Shown: one piece after another, positions 21,185 to 31,124 of the stretch
Numbering within the stretch: position 1 is the stretch's first letter
Layout: the number at the start of each line of letters is the position of its first letter
Assembly: GCA_963849325.1 (NCBI GenBank)
Contig: CAWKHF010000005.1
Location: forward strand, 544,001-608,000
Length of the DNA: 64,000 nt
Direction of reading: 5' to 3'
Origin: an uncultured Planctomycetota bacterium
Lineage (GTDB): Bacteria; Planctomycetota; Planctomycetia; Gemmatales; Gemmataceae
Made by a program: the position numbers and the translations under genes
Notes under the pieces: model-generated
Told to the model about the DNA's origin: nothing
The model's input: the letters and a program-made list of their open reading frames with translations, nothing else
Database searches by the model: none

Positions 21185-22684
21185 CCTTCACCAGCACGAG
21201 AAGGGCGCCCTGTTCGTCGCGCAGTCGCAGGAGGATCTCGGCGCGGCGGGAGGAGGGCCACTGTCGATATTCGGACTCGACCAGGAGGCAATACGCCGTT
21301 TCGCCCTCCGGTAAGGACAACGATCCGGGCAAGCGCCGCGCCGGCCGGCCGTAATAGAACAGGATGCCCTCATCCTTGAGGCGAAAGAGATACAGCATCC
21401 GGCCGGGCGGCACCAGGGCGGCGATCTGTTCGCCCTTGCGCGCGGCTGGCGCGCCGGGTTCCGGCTCGGCAGGATCGCCTGCACGAAGACGAGCTTGACC
21501 GCCAGCCAAAGCACCAGCAGCGCGAGGAAGACGCGGCCCGGCCGCAGTCTGGGCACGGGCCAGCGCAAGCGGCCGTCGAGCCAGGCGACCCACACCAGGG
21601 CGGCCAGCCCGGCAAGGCCGGGTTGCAGTGGCATGGCATGACGCAGGTGATGTCCGGGCGCCAGACCCCAGAAGAGCAGATTCGGCCACGTCCAGCAGTG
21701 CAAGAACTGGAGCAGACGGCGGCCGCGCTCGTCCCACAGCCGCGCGAAGCCGGGATGCAGCGTCCTCAGCGCGAAGGCCGACCACGGCAGGTTCGCAGCC
21801 AGGAACGCGGCGGGGAAGGCGGCCAGTTCGTGCCAGGGATAGGGACGCGAATGATGAGCGGGCGACAGGCGCGGCAGCGCCTCGCGCCGCACGGCGTCCA
21901 AGAAGGTATCCCAGCCCATCCGTGTCGCCACCATCGCCGCCCAGGCGATGCACGGAGCCGCCGCCACGATCACGCTGAGTAGGTGGGATGGACGAAACAA
22001 CATCCGCAGCCGTCCACGCCACCAGAGAAGAGGCCCGACGGTGAGATAAAAGAATGCCGGAGCGGTCCACTTGGTCAGGACGCCGCCGGCCACGCACAAC
22101 AGGGCGAGTTGCCACCACAGCCATTCCCGCCCGAACGTGCGCTCCTCTGTCGATTCGCTAATCTCCAGGGCGCGGAGGAAGCACAGCAGCGCCGCCGTCA
22201 CCCAGGCGAGCTGTACCAGGTCGATCTCGGCGGAGGGAACGCGGCCCAACCACAGGGCCGAGGCGGGCAGCAGACCGGCGGCGATCAGGCCGGCGCGGCG
22301 GCCCAGGCGCCGCGCGAACGCCGTATAGAAGAGGAAGACCGTCGCCGTCGCGGCCAGCGCCGAGGGCAGGCGGGCCGTCGCGGCACTCACTCGCCCAGGC
22401 GGCCAACTGGCTGCGGCAATGGCCGCATACATCCCCGGCGGCTTGGTCAACAGCGGTTCGCCATACAAGGTGGGAACGATCCAATCGCCGTCGCGCAGCA
22501 ATTCCGCCGCCAGGATCGCCCGTAGACTCTCGGTCTGATACAGCTCGCCCGTGTTGAGGCCGAAAAAGAACAATACACCACACCACAGCGCCAACAACAG
22601 GGCGACCGCCATCCGTCGATGGCCGCTCAGCCGCAAGCGGTTTTCGGAACCGACTCGGAATGGAGACGATGCGAGCAGGGACAT
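21177..22684 (-). CDS. ArnT/PMT-family (GT-C) glycosyltransferase (frameshifted ~21435)
   Basis: [27 protein letters not shown] and GVLTKW motifs; many TM segments. Confidence 0.88.
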
Positions 22685-22797
22685 CCGCCACCTCGCTGCC
22701 GGGACCGGCGCGGCCCGCTCCTCGGGCGCGGCCAATCCGTGTGCGAGGCGAACTGTACCAGCGGAGGGCGGGGAGAGATAGGCGAGTCTGGGCGGCG

Positions 22798-23611
22798 TCA
22801 AGCGCCGAGGGCGCGCTTGATGTGCTGCACGAGATTTTTCATGACAAAGCCTTGCTCGGGGCAGATGGAGACGACCGCCCCGCGCTGGCGCAGGTGCTCG
22901 GCGAGCACCGGGCCAATCGCGGCGATGCGCGTGCGCGTCAGCCCTTTCCGCAGAGACGTCCTGCAATCCGCGATGCTGGGCGATCTCATACAAACGATCG
23001 ACCTGCGGCGAGCTGGTGAACAACAACACGTCCACCTCGCCGCGATCCAGGCGAGCGATCAGGTCGGCGACCCGCTCCTCATCGGCGGCGGGGGCATAGA
23101 CGTAAGGCAGGACCGTGCGCACCTGCGCCCCGGTCGAGGCGAGGAACTGCTCCAGCGCCGGGTTCGGCTCACCGTAGAGTGTGACGCCCACGGTCTGACC
23201 TGCGAGCGGCTCGCCGCGCAGCGTGGCGATGACGCCGTCCGTGGTGGGTGCCTGGGCAACGCGCGTCGGAGACAGACCGATCTCCTTGAGCACCTGACCG
23301 GGCTTGGGACCGCGCGTGAGGATTTTCGTCCGCCGCAGGGCGGCGATGACAGCGTCGCGCAACCCCTCGCGCTCGGCGAAGGCCAGCAAGCGGCGCAGGG
23401 CCTCGCCGGTCATCAGCACGACGTAGCCGAAGCGGTCGTCGCCCAGGTCGCGCAGCCAGTCCCGCACTGGATCGGGGTCCGGGGCGTCGAGGATGCTGAC
23501 CATCGGGCAGCGCAGCGTGGTTGCCCCTTCGCCTTCGAGCAGCTGCGCCAGCTCTTCGAGTTGGCGGGCTTCGGCCAGGGCGATGGTACGTCCTTCGAGG
23601 GGGCGCGACAT
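22798..23611 (-). CDS. hemD: Uroporphyrinogen-III synthase (frameshifted ~22955)
   Basis: LRCPMVSI, TRGPKP, PYVY and LFTSSPQV; C-terminal IAAIGP in the adjacent frame. Confidence 0.85.
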
Positions 23612-23678
23612 GAGGTTCTCCCTGCTAGATGTATTTCCGAGCCGCTTGCGGCTTATAGGGTGTAAGAGTCTGTCCCAC

Positions 23679-23716
23679 AAGCCCCCCTCTCCCCCGTACT
23701 CGGGGGAGAGGGGCTT
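23679..23716. repeat. Hairpin, partial copy of the CCCTCTCCCCCG...CGGGGGAGAGGG repeat
   Basis: Inverted repeat related to the 49574 element. Confidence 0.7.
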
Positions 23717-23740
23717 CCGGGACAGACGCTAAGACCCGCG

Positions 23741-25009
23741 CTAGCGCGGCCAATTTTTGACGGCGTCGGCGGCCCCATGCATCAGGGGGTCAATGGCCCC
23801 GGCCGGCTCCTCGTGTTTGGCGCTGTCGCGCGAATTGAACAGGACGGCCCAGGCCAGGCCGTCGTGGCGGCGTACCAGCAATGTCGAGGTGCCATCCAGC
23901 GCGCCGTTATGCCAGATGTTGGCGCCGACAGCGCCGATCGGACGCACCATCCAACCACACCCATAATAGGCGTCGCGCGGCCGGCCGTTTGGTTTATGTC
24001 CGGCCGTGCCCGGCGGAGGCTGCAACATGATGGCAATGCTTTCCGGCTTGAGGATCTGGCAATGTCGCGGGTCGTCGAAGGCGCTGACGAAGCGCACCAG
24101 GTCGGGCGCGGAGGCCAACCAACCGCCGTGGGCGTCCATCGCTTCCAGGCACCAGGCGCCATAAGGCAGCGGCACCGGCTGGCCTCGGCGCGGCCCCATC
24201 ACGGCGGGCGCGGTGGCGTCCTTGGCGACATGGTATTTCACTTCGCCGCAGACACGATGGGCGAGCAGGGTCGCGCCCAGCCGCATGTCCCCAATACCCA
24301 GCGGGGCCAGCACCTCCTTGCGAACGTACGCCTCATACGTTTGGCCGCTAACCTTGGCGATGACGCGGCCGAGCAGACAGTAGCCGAAATTGGAATAGGC
24401 GTATTGGCTGCCGGGATCGAAATCGAGAGGCCGCCGCAGCATGTAACGGATGATGTCTTGCGGCCCAGCCGGAGGCGGCACCTCCAACTCGTTGACGATC
24501 GCGGGGGAACGAAACATCGGATCGAACGAGTGGTCTCGGTCCCAGCCGCCGCGGTGCTGCAACAGGTGCAGGATCGTCACCTGCTTCCAGCGCGGATCGA
24601 AACGGCCGCCCGGCCCCTTCGGCCGTCGCAATTGCAATACGTCGAAGACCGGGGCGTCGAGCTTCAGCCGCCCTCGTTCCACCAATTGCAACACGGCCAC
24701 GGCCGTAAGAGGTTTGGAGATGCTGGCGATGCGGAACAGGGCGTCGGGCTGGACCGGCTCGGCGGTCGAGCGGTCGGCGTAGCCAAAGCCGCGGCCGTAG
24801 ACGAGCCGGCCGTTCTTGGCGACGGCCAGGGACGCTCCCGGCAATTGATGCTCGCGGAGAAAGCGCCTCATCAGATCGTCAAAGCTGGCCAGGCGCGGAT
24901 CGACGCGCCCCGTCGCCGGCATCTCGCGGGCCGGCGTGGACGCGGGATCGCTGACACCGGGGAGACAGCAAGCGGCCCAGACGGCGGCCAATCCGAATGC
25001 GATGCGCAC
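23741..25009 (-). CDS. Secreted serine hydrolase, beta-lactamase family
   Basis: FRIASISK, LLQHRGG, YAYSNFGY and WHNGALDG motifs; GTG start with GGAG RBS. Confidence 0.9.
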   Translation of the reverse strand: MRIAFGLAAVWAACCLPGVSDPASTPAREMPATGRVDPRLASFDDLMRRFLREHQLPGASLAVAKNGRLVYGRGFGYADRSTAEPVQPDALFRIASISKPLTAVAVLQLVERGRLKLDAPVFDVLQLRRPKGPGGRFDPRWKQVTILHLLQHRGGWDRDHSFDPMFRSPAIVNELEVPPPAGPQDIIRYMLRRPLDFDPGSQYAYSNFGYCLLGRVIAKVSGQTYEAYVRKEVLAPLGIGDMRLGATLLAHRVCGEVKYHVAKDATAPAVMGPRRGQPVPLPYGAWCLEAMDAHGGWLASAPDLVRFVSAFDDPRHCQILKPESIAIMLQPPPGTAGHKPNGRPRDAYYGCGWMVRPIGAVGANIWHNGALDGTSTLLVRRHDGLAWAVLFNSRDSAKHEEPAGAIDPLMHGAADAVKNWPR

Positions 25010-25176
25010 AGGTCCATCTCCCGCCAAGGGTATCAGGGCCGGGCCACCGAAGATTGGCCCGATCGCCCTCCCGGCCAACACCTTTCCGATTATGAAGGGC
25101 GCCAGGGTCCGGGGCAAGCGCAATCATCGGATGCCTTTCCGCCGATTCCTGCCGTGCATGAAAGTCGGTTGGACCG

Positions 25177-25238
25177 TTTGTCCAATCGATACATTTTATC
25201 TATTAACTGATTGCATTGGACAAAGACGGTTGTATGAT
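25177..25238 (+). promoter_or_regulatory. Sigma70-like promoter (TTGCAT-16-TATGAT) overlapped by a 10-bp inverted repeat
   Basis: TTGCAT 25211-16, TATGAT 25233-38; TTTGTCCAAT (25177-86) and ATTGGACAAA (25215-24) flank an AT-rich spacer. Confidence 0.5.
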
Positions 25239-25374
25239 AGTCGTTAGTTGGTTGGCCGGCGGAGTGGGGGTTGGTCGCCCGAGATAGGCGGACGGGGCCG
25301 ACGAAACAGAGAAAGGTTAACCCAGCGGCGGATACAAACAATCCCAGAAGGTACTTGCAAGGGGAGACGACGAC

Positions 25375-25755
25375 ATGCCACGAGGTAGGCCGAACGGAGA
25401 TCAAGGGACCGACCCCAAGAAGAACAAAATGGAGGCCGTGCGGCGCGCCATGGATAGCCTGGGTTATGAGGCCCAGCCGCTGGAAATCCAGAAGTTCGTC
25501 AAGGACAACTTCGATCAGGACATGACCGCCAACATGGTGTCCTCATACAAGAGCAGCTTGCGGCGGAAAGCAGGCATGAAGGGACGGCGGAAAAAACGCG
25601 GTCGGCCGCGCAAGGCCGAAGGCGCGCCGGTCGCCGCCGCTCCCGCCACCATCTCCCACGACGTTGTGCCCTGGAAAGACCTTCGCACCATCAAGGACAT
25701 CGCCGGACGCATCGGCAAGAAGAACCTGCGCGATTTGGTGGAATGGCTGGATTGA
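25375..25755 (+). CDS. Small basic putative nucleoid/DNA-binding protein with an AT-hook-like motif
   Basis: GGGGAG RBS; 126 aa, K/R-rich; KKRGRPRK. Confidence 0.7.
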   Translation: MPRGRPNGDQGTDPKKNKMEAVRRAMDSLGYEAQPLEIQKFVKDNFDQDMTANMVSSYKSSLRRKAGMKGRRKKRGRPRKAEGAPVAAAPATISHDVVPWKDLRTIKDIAGRIGKKNLRDLVEWLD

Positions 25756-25873
25756 CCGAAGGGCCGAGATGGTCCTGGAAGTCGGCCGGGGCGGCGGAGG
25801 GGTGCGTTTGATCGGTCCTCGCGGAGGAGGCCGACCTCGTCTGCCCGTTCTCCCGCCCCGGCCGAGTGTATCC

Positions 25874-26075
25874 CCGGGAGCCGGGCGCGAAGGCCCGGCT
25901 CCCGGTCCGACATGAGTTCCACTGTGAAGCGCTCGCCGGAGTGGCCGACCCAGAAACCACTTGGCCCAGCGAGCTGATTGCCTCTACCCAGGAGGGCGGG
26001 TAGTGCTGGCATTCCCGCAAACCCCAGCACACAGCAGAACTCGGCTGTTGCTCACTTCGTTCGCCTCGCAGTCGT
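25874..26075 (-). ncRNA. Candidate structured ncRNA (multi-branch junction plus a terminal hairpin); strand tentative
   Basis: Four adjacent hairpins closed by GAAGTG/CGCTTC, followed by a perfect 13-bp hairpin; lies between convergent genes. Confidence 0.4.
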
Positions 26076-26166
26076 GTGTAACTGACGAGAGGGCGTATAA
26101 CGTCTAGCGCCCGTTTTGGGAAGAGCAATTTCCGGTTGCTAAGGAGCCGTCCAACAACAAGTTCCC

Positions 26167-26233
26167 CGTTTCGCCGCGACGCGCAGCGGAGCGCGGGAGC
26201 ACTCCCGCGCTCCCTGCGCGTCGCGGCGAAACG
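26167..26233. repeat. REP-like palindrome, family A (GTTTxGCCGCGACGCGCAGCGGAGCGCGG...)
   Basis: Inverted repeat; copies at 36498 and 63256. Confidence 0.88.
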
Positions 26234-26277
26234 AAGTTATTTGTGGACGCGACCTAACTAACGGAAAAAGCCCTTCG

Positions 26278-26342
26278 GAGCCCGCAGCGTAAGCGAGGGA
26301 AAGGGCTTGGCATGCCACAACCCTCGCTCACGCTGCGGGCTC
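26278..26342. repeat. REP-like palindrome, family C variant
   Basis: GAGCCCGCAGCGTAAGCGAGGG...CCCTCGCTCACGCTGCGGGCTC abutting the LysM gene stop. Confidence 0.8.
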
Positions 26343-26343
26343 T

Positions 26344-28029
26344 TTAGCGTTGCGTCGCTGGCATGACCGCGGCAGGTGGCGAGCCAGCCGGAGGCACGAA
26401 TGACGCCGGCACCATTGGCAACGTCGCCGGCGATTGCGGTTTCACGATGGCGTCGCCGTAGCGCTGCTCCAGAATGTCGGCCGGGGGGATAAAGATTTTT
26501 TCGCCCGGTGTGATGGTGCCGCCGTTGGCCATCTGCGTACTGGCGCGGGCGTGACGACGATTGTGTCGCTGCAACGCCTTGGCGAACGCCTCGCTCATAT
26601 AGAAGTGCCCGCTGATCTTTTCAAACGTGTCGCCGGGCTGGCACACGTACTCCTGTTCGTCATAGACGATGACCTGCGGATTGGAGAGGGTCGCCGGCCG
26701 CGCCGTTGCCGACGCGCCGGCGGACGCCACGGGCTTGTCGCGCCCCGAGGACGAGGAAGACGCACTGCCGGTCGATAGCGAATCCGGCAGCGCTGGATAC
26801 GGCAGCGGCGGCGCGGGAGTTGTCCCCGCCGATCCGGACTTGTCGCGCGGCGTTGTTCCGCTCGCTGGATTGGCGGAAGTATGCGGATCGGGAATGAAAA
26901 AACTGTTGCCAGCGGGCGGTTTGGGATCCGACGAGGGTGAAGCCGGTGGAGGGGCGGAAGGGGCCGGCTTGCTTTCCGGCGGCGTTCCCACGATCGGAGC
27001 GAATGCGGGAGCCAGATTGTTGTTTGCCTTATTCTGGGCAGGCGGCGGCTCCGGCTTGGGCGGGGCGGATGTCGCCGAGCCTACGAGTCCAGGGCCGACG
27101 GCCATTGGCCCGGATGTTGAGGGAGAAGGTGCCGCACCCGTCAGAGGCGACGAAGGCGGGGGCGCGGGCGGTGTGGACGAGACGGATGGAGGATCGAATG
27201 TTGTAAAGCGAGGGCCACCCGTGGCCGTTAGCGGCGGCGCCGGAGTCGGTGGCGTCGCGGCGGCTTTCTCGGTCGGAGATGTCTTGGGGGGCTCCGGTGA
27301 GGTCGGCGCAGCGGCAGCCGGCGCGGTCGGTTTCGTGGCTTGCCCCGGCCCAAACAGCAACGACGGCGCGGGAGTGGCCTTCTCCCCGCCGGTGCTGGCC
27401 GGAGGAGGACCGTCTCGTCCGGAGGTGCCGCCCGAGACGGGAATGATCAGGGATGGGTTTACCGTCTTCGTGGATGGCCCAGCGGCGGGCGTCGGGCCAC
27501 CCGAGTTGGGCGATGTCATGGGACCGATACCCGGTGGGGCAGAAGTGGTCGCCGCCTTCCCTCCGGAAGTAGGGGGATCTTCTTTTTTTGGCGTGTCTAG
27601 CTTCTGCGTCTTCGTCTCAAGAGTCGATGCCGGAGCGGAGTCCCTGCCATCAAAGGAGAGGAAGCCGCCGGGCTCGACAGACGGTGGCGTCCGGGGAGGC
27701 TCCGGCGATTCGGTACTTCTCGAAGCGGTCGGGGGCGTCTCCTTGCCGGAATTAGATTCCGGCGTCTTTCTGTTGTTGCCCTCCCTAGGAGGCGGAGGTG
27801 TGTCCGAAGAGGATCGTTGGATTCCACTCCGGGTCAGCGCCTGTTCCGTCGTGCGACGTAGTGGCGGCGCGGCGGAGGACGCCTTGGATGAGGCTCCGTC
27901 CGCGTCCGCCGTCGTCGCATTCGCCGCCTTGGGGGCCGGCTGGTTCTGCATTTTCAGTCCAATCACGGCCCCGGTCAGGCACAGAAACGTACACGTGACC
28001 GCCACGCCGATTTTGTGCTCGCGTGTCAT
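26344..28029 (-). CDS. Membrane-anchored Pro/Ser/Thr-rich protein with a C-terminal LysM domain
   Basis: N-terminal TM helix; long low-complexity linker; YVCQPGDTFEKISGHFY...LQRHN...ITPGEKIFIP. Confidence 0.85.
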   Translation of the reverse strand: MTREHKIGVAVTCTFLCLTGAVIGLKMQNQPAPKAANATTADADGASSKASSAAPPLRRTTEQALTRSGIQRSSSDTPPPPREGNNRKTPESNSGKETPPTASRSTESPEPPRTPPSVEPGGFLSFDGRDSAPASTLETKTQKLDTPKKEDPPTSGGKAATTSAPPGIGPMTSPNSGGPTPAAGPSTKTVNPSLIIPVSGGTSGRDGPPPASTGGEKATPAPSLLFGPGQATKPTAPAAAAPTSPEPPKTSPTEKAAATPPTPAPPLTATGGPRFTTFDPPSVSSTPPAPPPSSPLTGAAPSPSTSGPMAVGPGLVGSATSAPPKPEPPPAQNKANNNLAPAFAPIVGTPPESKPAPSAPPPASPSSDPKPPAGNSFFIPDPHTSANPASGTTPRDKSGSAGTTPAPPLPYPALPDSLSTGSASSSSSGRDKPVASAGASATARPATLSNPQVIVYDEQEYVCQPGDTFEKISGHFYMSEAFAKALQRHNRRHARASTQMANGGTITPGEKIFIPPADILEQRYGDAIVKPQSPATLPMVPASFVPPAGSPPAAVMPATQR

Positions 28030-28130
28030 CCGCGTCCTCCTCTCGGACGATGGGTTGCACGAATCAAGAATCCCCCGCCGGCGGACATGGTTCCGTACAT
28101 GCCGGCCAACGGGGGATCGAAAGGGCGAAC

Positions 28131-28206
28131 TGTTTTCCCGACAAGCCCGGAGCGCCAGCGACGGGTTCTCACCCGTCGCTGGCGCTCCGGGCTTGTCGGG
28201 AAAACA
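28131..28206. repeat. REP-like palindrome, family B (CCCGGAGCGCCAGCGACGGGT...ACCCGTCGCTGGCGCTCCGGG)
   Basis: Perfect inverted repeat; copies at 42797 and 59994. Confidence 0.9.
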
Positions 28207-28209
28207 CGG

Positions 28210-29753
28210 TCACTCCTGTTCGGCCGTCGTCGTCGGACGGCTGGCGGCGGCGCTCTTCTGCTGCGTGTACTGACGCCAGCGCGCGGCGTCCCAGACCTCA
28301 AAGTGATCGTCAATGCCGACCAGCACCAGTTCCTGATGCAGTCCGGCGAACTGGGCCAACCGATCCGGGAGCGTGACCCGGCCGTCGGTGTTGACCGACA
28401 GCTTCTCCGTCTGGGCGAAGTACAGGCGTTTGAAGACGCGCACGTCGACTTCGTTGGCCTGCGACTGCTCCAGACGTTCGCCGAGGCGTTCCAGGTGCGG
28501 CTGGTTGGTCAGCCACAGGCACTTGTCCGGGCCGGGCGAGACCAGGACGGTATCGCTGCCGGATAGCTGATCGCGGATGGTGCGCGGCAAAGTGAGCTGG
28601 TTTTTCTCATCGAGGCTGCACTGGTAGGTGCCGGTCAGCGGCAGCACGCGGGCCTTGGGCGGCGCCGGCTTGGGCCGCAGCGCCGGCAGCGGCTTGACCG
28701 GCTCGGCCTCATCGCCCTGCATGCAGGCGTCGCCGGGCAGCCGAACCGTCGTGCCGGCGCCGAGCGGCGCATCCGGTTTCAGCGTGGGATTGAGCTTGTG
28801 GATGTCGGTCCAGCGCTCCGTGCTGCCGAGCGTGCGGCGCACGATGTCCTGCAACGTCTCGGAGCCGTGGACATGGTACAGCTGCACGGGTCCGGGCGCC
28901 GGGGCCAGCGGTGGCTCACCGGGCTGCGGCTTGCCCTCGTGGTCCACGCCGGGCGCGGCGCTGGCGCCAGCGGCCGTTGTCGTGGCATAGGACGTCGGAG
29001 CCACCTTGTCGGGATTGCTCGATGGCGGCGGTCCATCGAAAGGCATGAACGAGGAGGGTTTCGCCTCGGCCGGTTTCTCCGACGGCGGCCGAGGGTTAGA
29101 CCAGGCCGGTGGCATCGACGTGGACGGCGGCAATACCTTACTCGGCTTCGACTTGTCTGGGGTCATTGGAGGGGGTGCAGAAGAAGGCGCGAAAGCAGGG
29201 AAGCTGGGCGGGGTCCCAGCCGCCGGTGTGCTCGCCGACATCTTCCGATCTTCGTCCTTCTTCTGTCCCGCCTTCGCAGTTGTCTCTTCCTTCTTCGATG
29301 TAGGCGGCGCGGGCGTGTTGGGATTGAACGATACCGGCTGCACGGGGGGGATAGGCGGCAGTGGCGGAGTTGCGTTGGGCTTGGCGAGAGGTTCCGCCAT
29401 CGTGGGCATGCCGAGCAGGACCTTCGGCTCGGGCGCGTCTTTTTCGCCGTGGGTTTCTCTTTCGACTTGGCAGCCGCCGTCTTGGTATCGATCACCGGCG
29501 GCAGCACCTTCTCCGGCGTGGCCGAGTGCAGACCGAGGCTCCAGTCATTGACGGGTGTTCCTTTGTCCTTGCTCGTCTTGGGCGGGGGCGATGGTTCCTT
29601 GTCTTCCTTGCTCGAAGGCGGCATCTCGAACGGCTTGTCCGCCTGAGCGACGGCCTTGTTGCCGTCGTGGAGTTTGCAAGCGAGGACCAGGCCGAACAGG
29701 CAGATCAATCCGCCCAGGGCCATCCATGCGTACTGGGTCTTGCGGGTAAGCAT
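28210..29753 (-). CDS. mraZ: TM anchor + Pro-rich linker + LysM + complete MraZ domain fusion (frameshift ~29430)
   Basis: TM WMALGGLICLFGLVLAC; LysM YHVHGSETLQDIVRRTLGS..W.DI.KLN; MraZ LTGTYQCSLDEKNQLTLP...DGRVTLP..L.QFAGL..ELVLVGIDDHFEVWD, in frame with the LysM. Confidence 0.8.
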
Positions 29754-29792
29754 CCTTGCTCCTCTTGTGAAGGCGAGCGGCCTGTTTTCGCG

Positions 29793-30775
29793 TCAGGCCG
29801 CACGCCGGATCTCCTGGGTCATCGCTATCCGGGTCCGGCCGCGTTCAGCGCGGATCTCGGCCGGCTTCCGGCAGCGCCGCCCGCAGCTTGGCGCTGCGGG
29901 CGCGCGGATTGTTCTTCATTTCGTCCTCGCCGGCCTGCACCGGCTTGCGCATCAGCGCCTCCCACACCGAGCGCTCGCGGAACGCCTGTTTGACCAGGCG
30001 ATCCTCCAGCGAATGAAAACTGATGAGGACGACTCGTCCTCCCGGCCGCACGCGCGCCGGCAACACCTTCAGTAAGCGCTCCAGCTCGTCCAGCTCGTCG
30101 TTGACGGCGATGCGGAGCGCCTGGAAGACGCGAGTGGCCGGATCGATGATCGGCCGTCGCCGTTTCGCCGAGCGCGGCGGCCGCGGTACACAGCGGCGCA
30201 CGAGGTCGGCCAACTCCTCGGTGGTCTCTAGCGGCTGACGGCGCCGCGCTTCGACAATCCGCCGCGCAATGCGCCGGCTGAAGCGCTCTTCGCCGTCAGC
30301 GCCAGATCAGGTCGGCGAGGTCGCGTTCGTTGAGGCGACGCAGCAGGGCGGCGGCCGGCTCGCCTTCCGTCGGGTCCAGCCGCATGTCCAACGGACCCGG
30401 CTGGGTGAAGCTCAAACCGCGACCGGCCTCGTCCAGCTGGTCCGAGCAGATGCCCAGGTCGGCCAGTACGCCATCGACGGCGGCAACGCCCAGTTCCTCA
30501 AGGACTTCGTCCAGCCGCGAGAACGGGGCGTGAATCCGCGTCACCGGCAGGTCCGCCAAGCGAGGGCGGGCCAACTCCAACATGCTCGCATCGCGGTCCA
30601 GTGCGATGAGCCGGCCGTCCGGTCCCAACTGCTCGGCGATCAGGCGAGCGTGACCGCCGGCGCCGACGGTGGCATCGACGAATACCTGGCCCGGCTCGGG
30701 CGCCAGTGCCGCCAGCACCTCGACCGGCAGGACCGACACGTGGCGCGGCGAGGCGCCGGAAACAGAATCACTCAT
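29793..30775 (-). CDS. rsmH: 16S rRNA m4C1402 methyltransferase (frameshifted)
   Basis: HVSVLPVEV, DATVGAGGHA, ADLGICSDQLD, PLDMRLD, ATRVFQALRIAVNDEL, ISFHSLEDR and NPRARSAKLR motifs. Confidence 0.95.
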
Positions 30776-31124
30776 GAGGCACATCGAGATAAGACGCGAA
30801 GGGTAGGCAACGTGAGGGCTTCTTCTCCGTGCTCGCGCCCGTCTCCGGGAGCAAGAAGACTATACCCATTTCGGGCCGCGAATCAAGGCGAAGGACTTAC
30901 GACCGAAAATGCACCCTGTTCGGAAGGGCTGGGCTAACGAAAAAACACCAGACCCCAAACCATTCGCGCACCCCGCCCCGCCTTGAAGATGCGGCGAGTT
31001 GACGCTGCTGCGCCGGAGGGCGATGACTATAATGGCGAGGCTGGTCCGCCGCGTGTACGGATGCGCACCGCGAGAGGGCGGATCGGCCGTTTCCCTCTCG
31101 GAACTCGGCCAAGGGAGTATTCGC

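Noticed and set aside
21188-23680. Apparent 830-aa HemD-ArnT fusion ORF
   Set aside because: The HemD C-terminus and its stop lie in another frame (22798-22989). The fusion results from one indel plus read-through of the intergenic region.
26065-26130. ZTP (pfl) riboswitch-like GTAACTGACG segment
   Set aside because: The 3' pseudoknot hairpin is absent and there is no downstream + strand gene.
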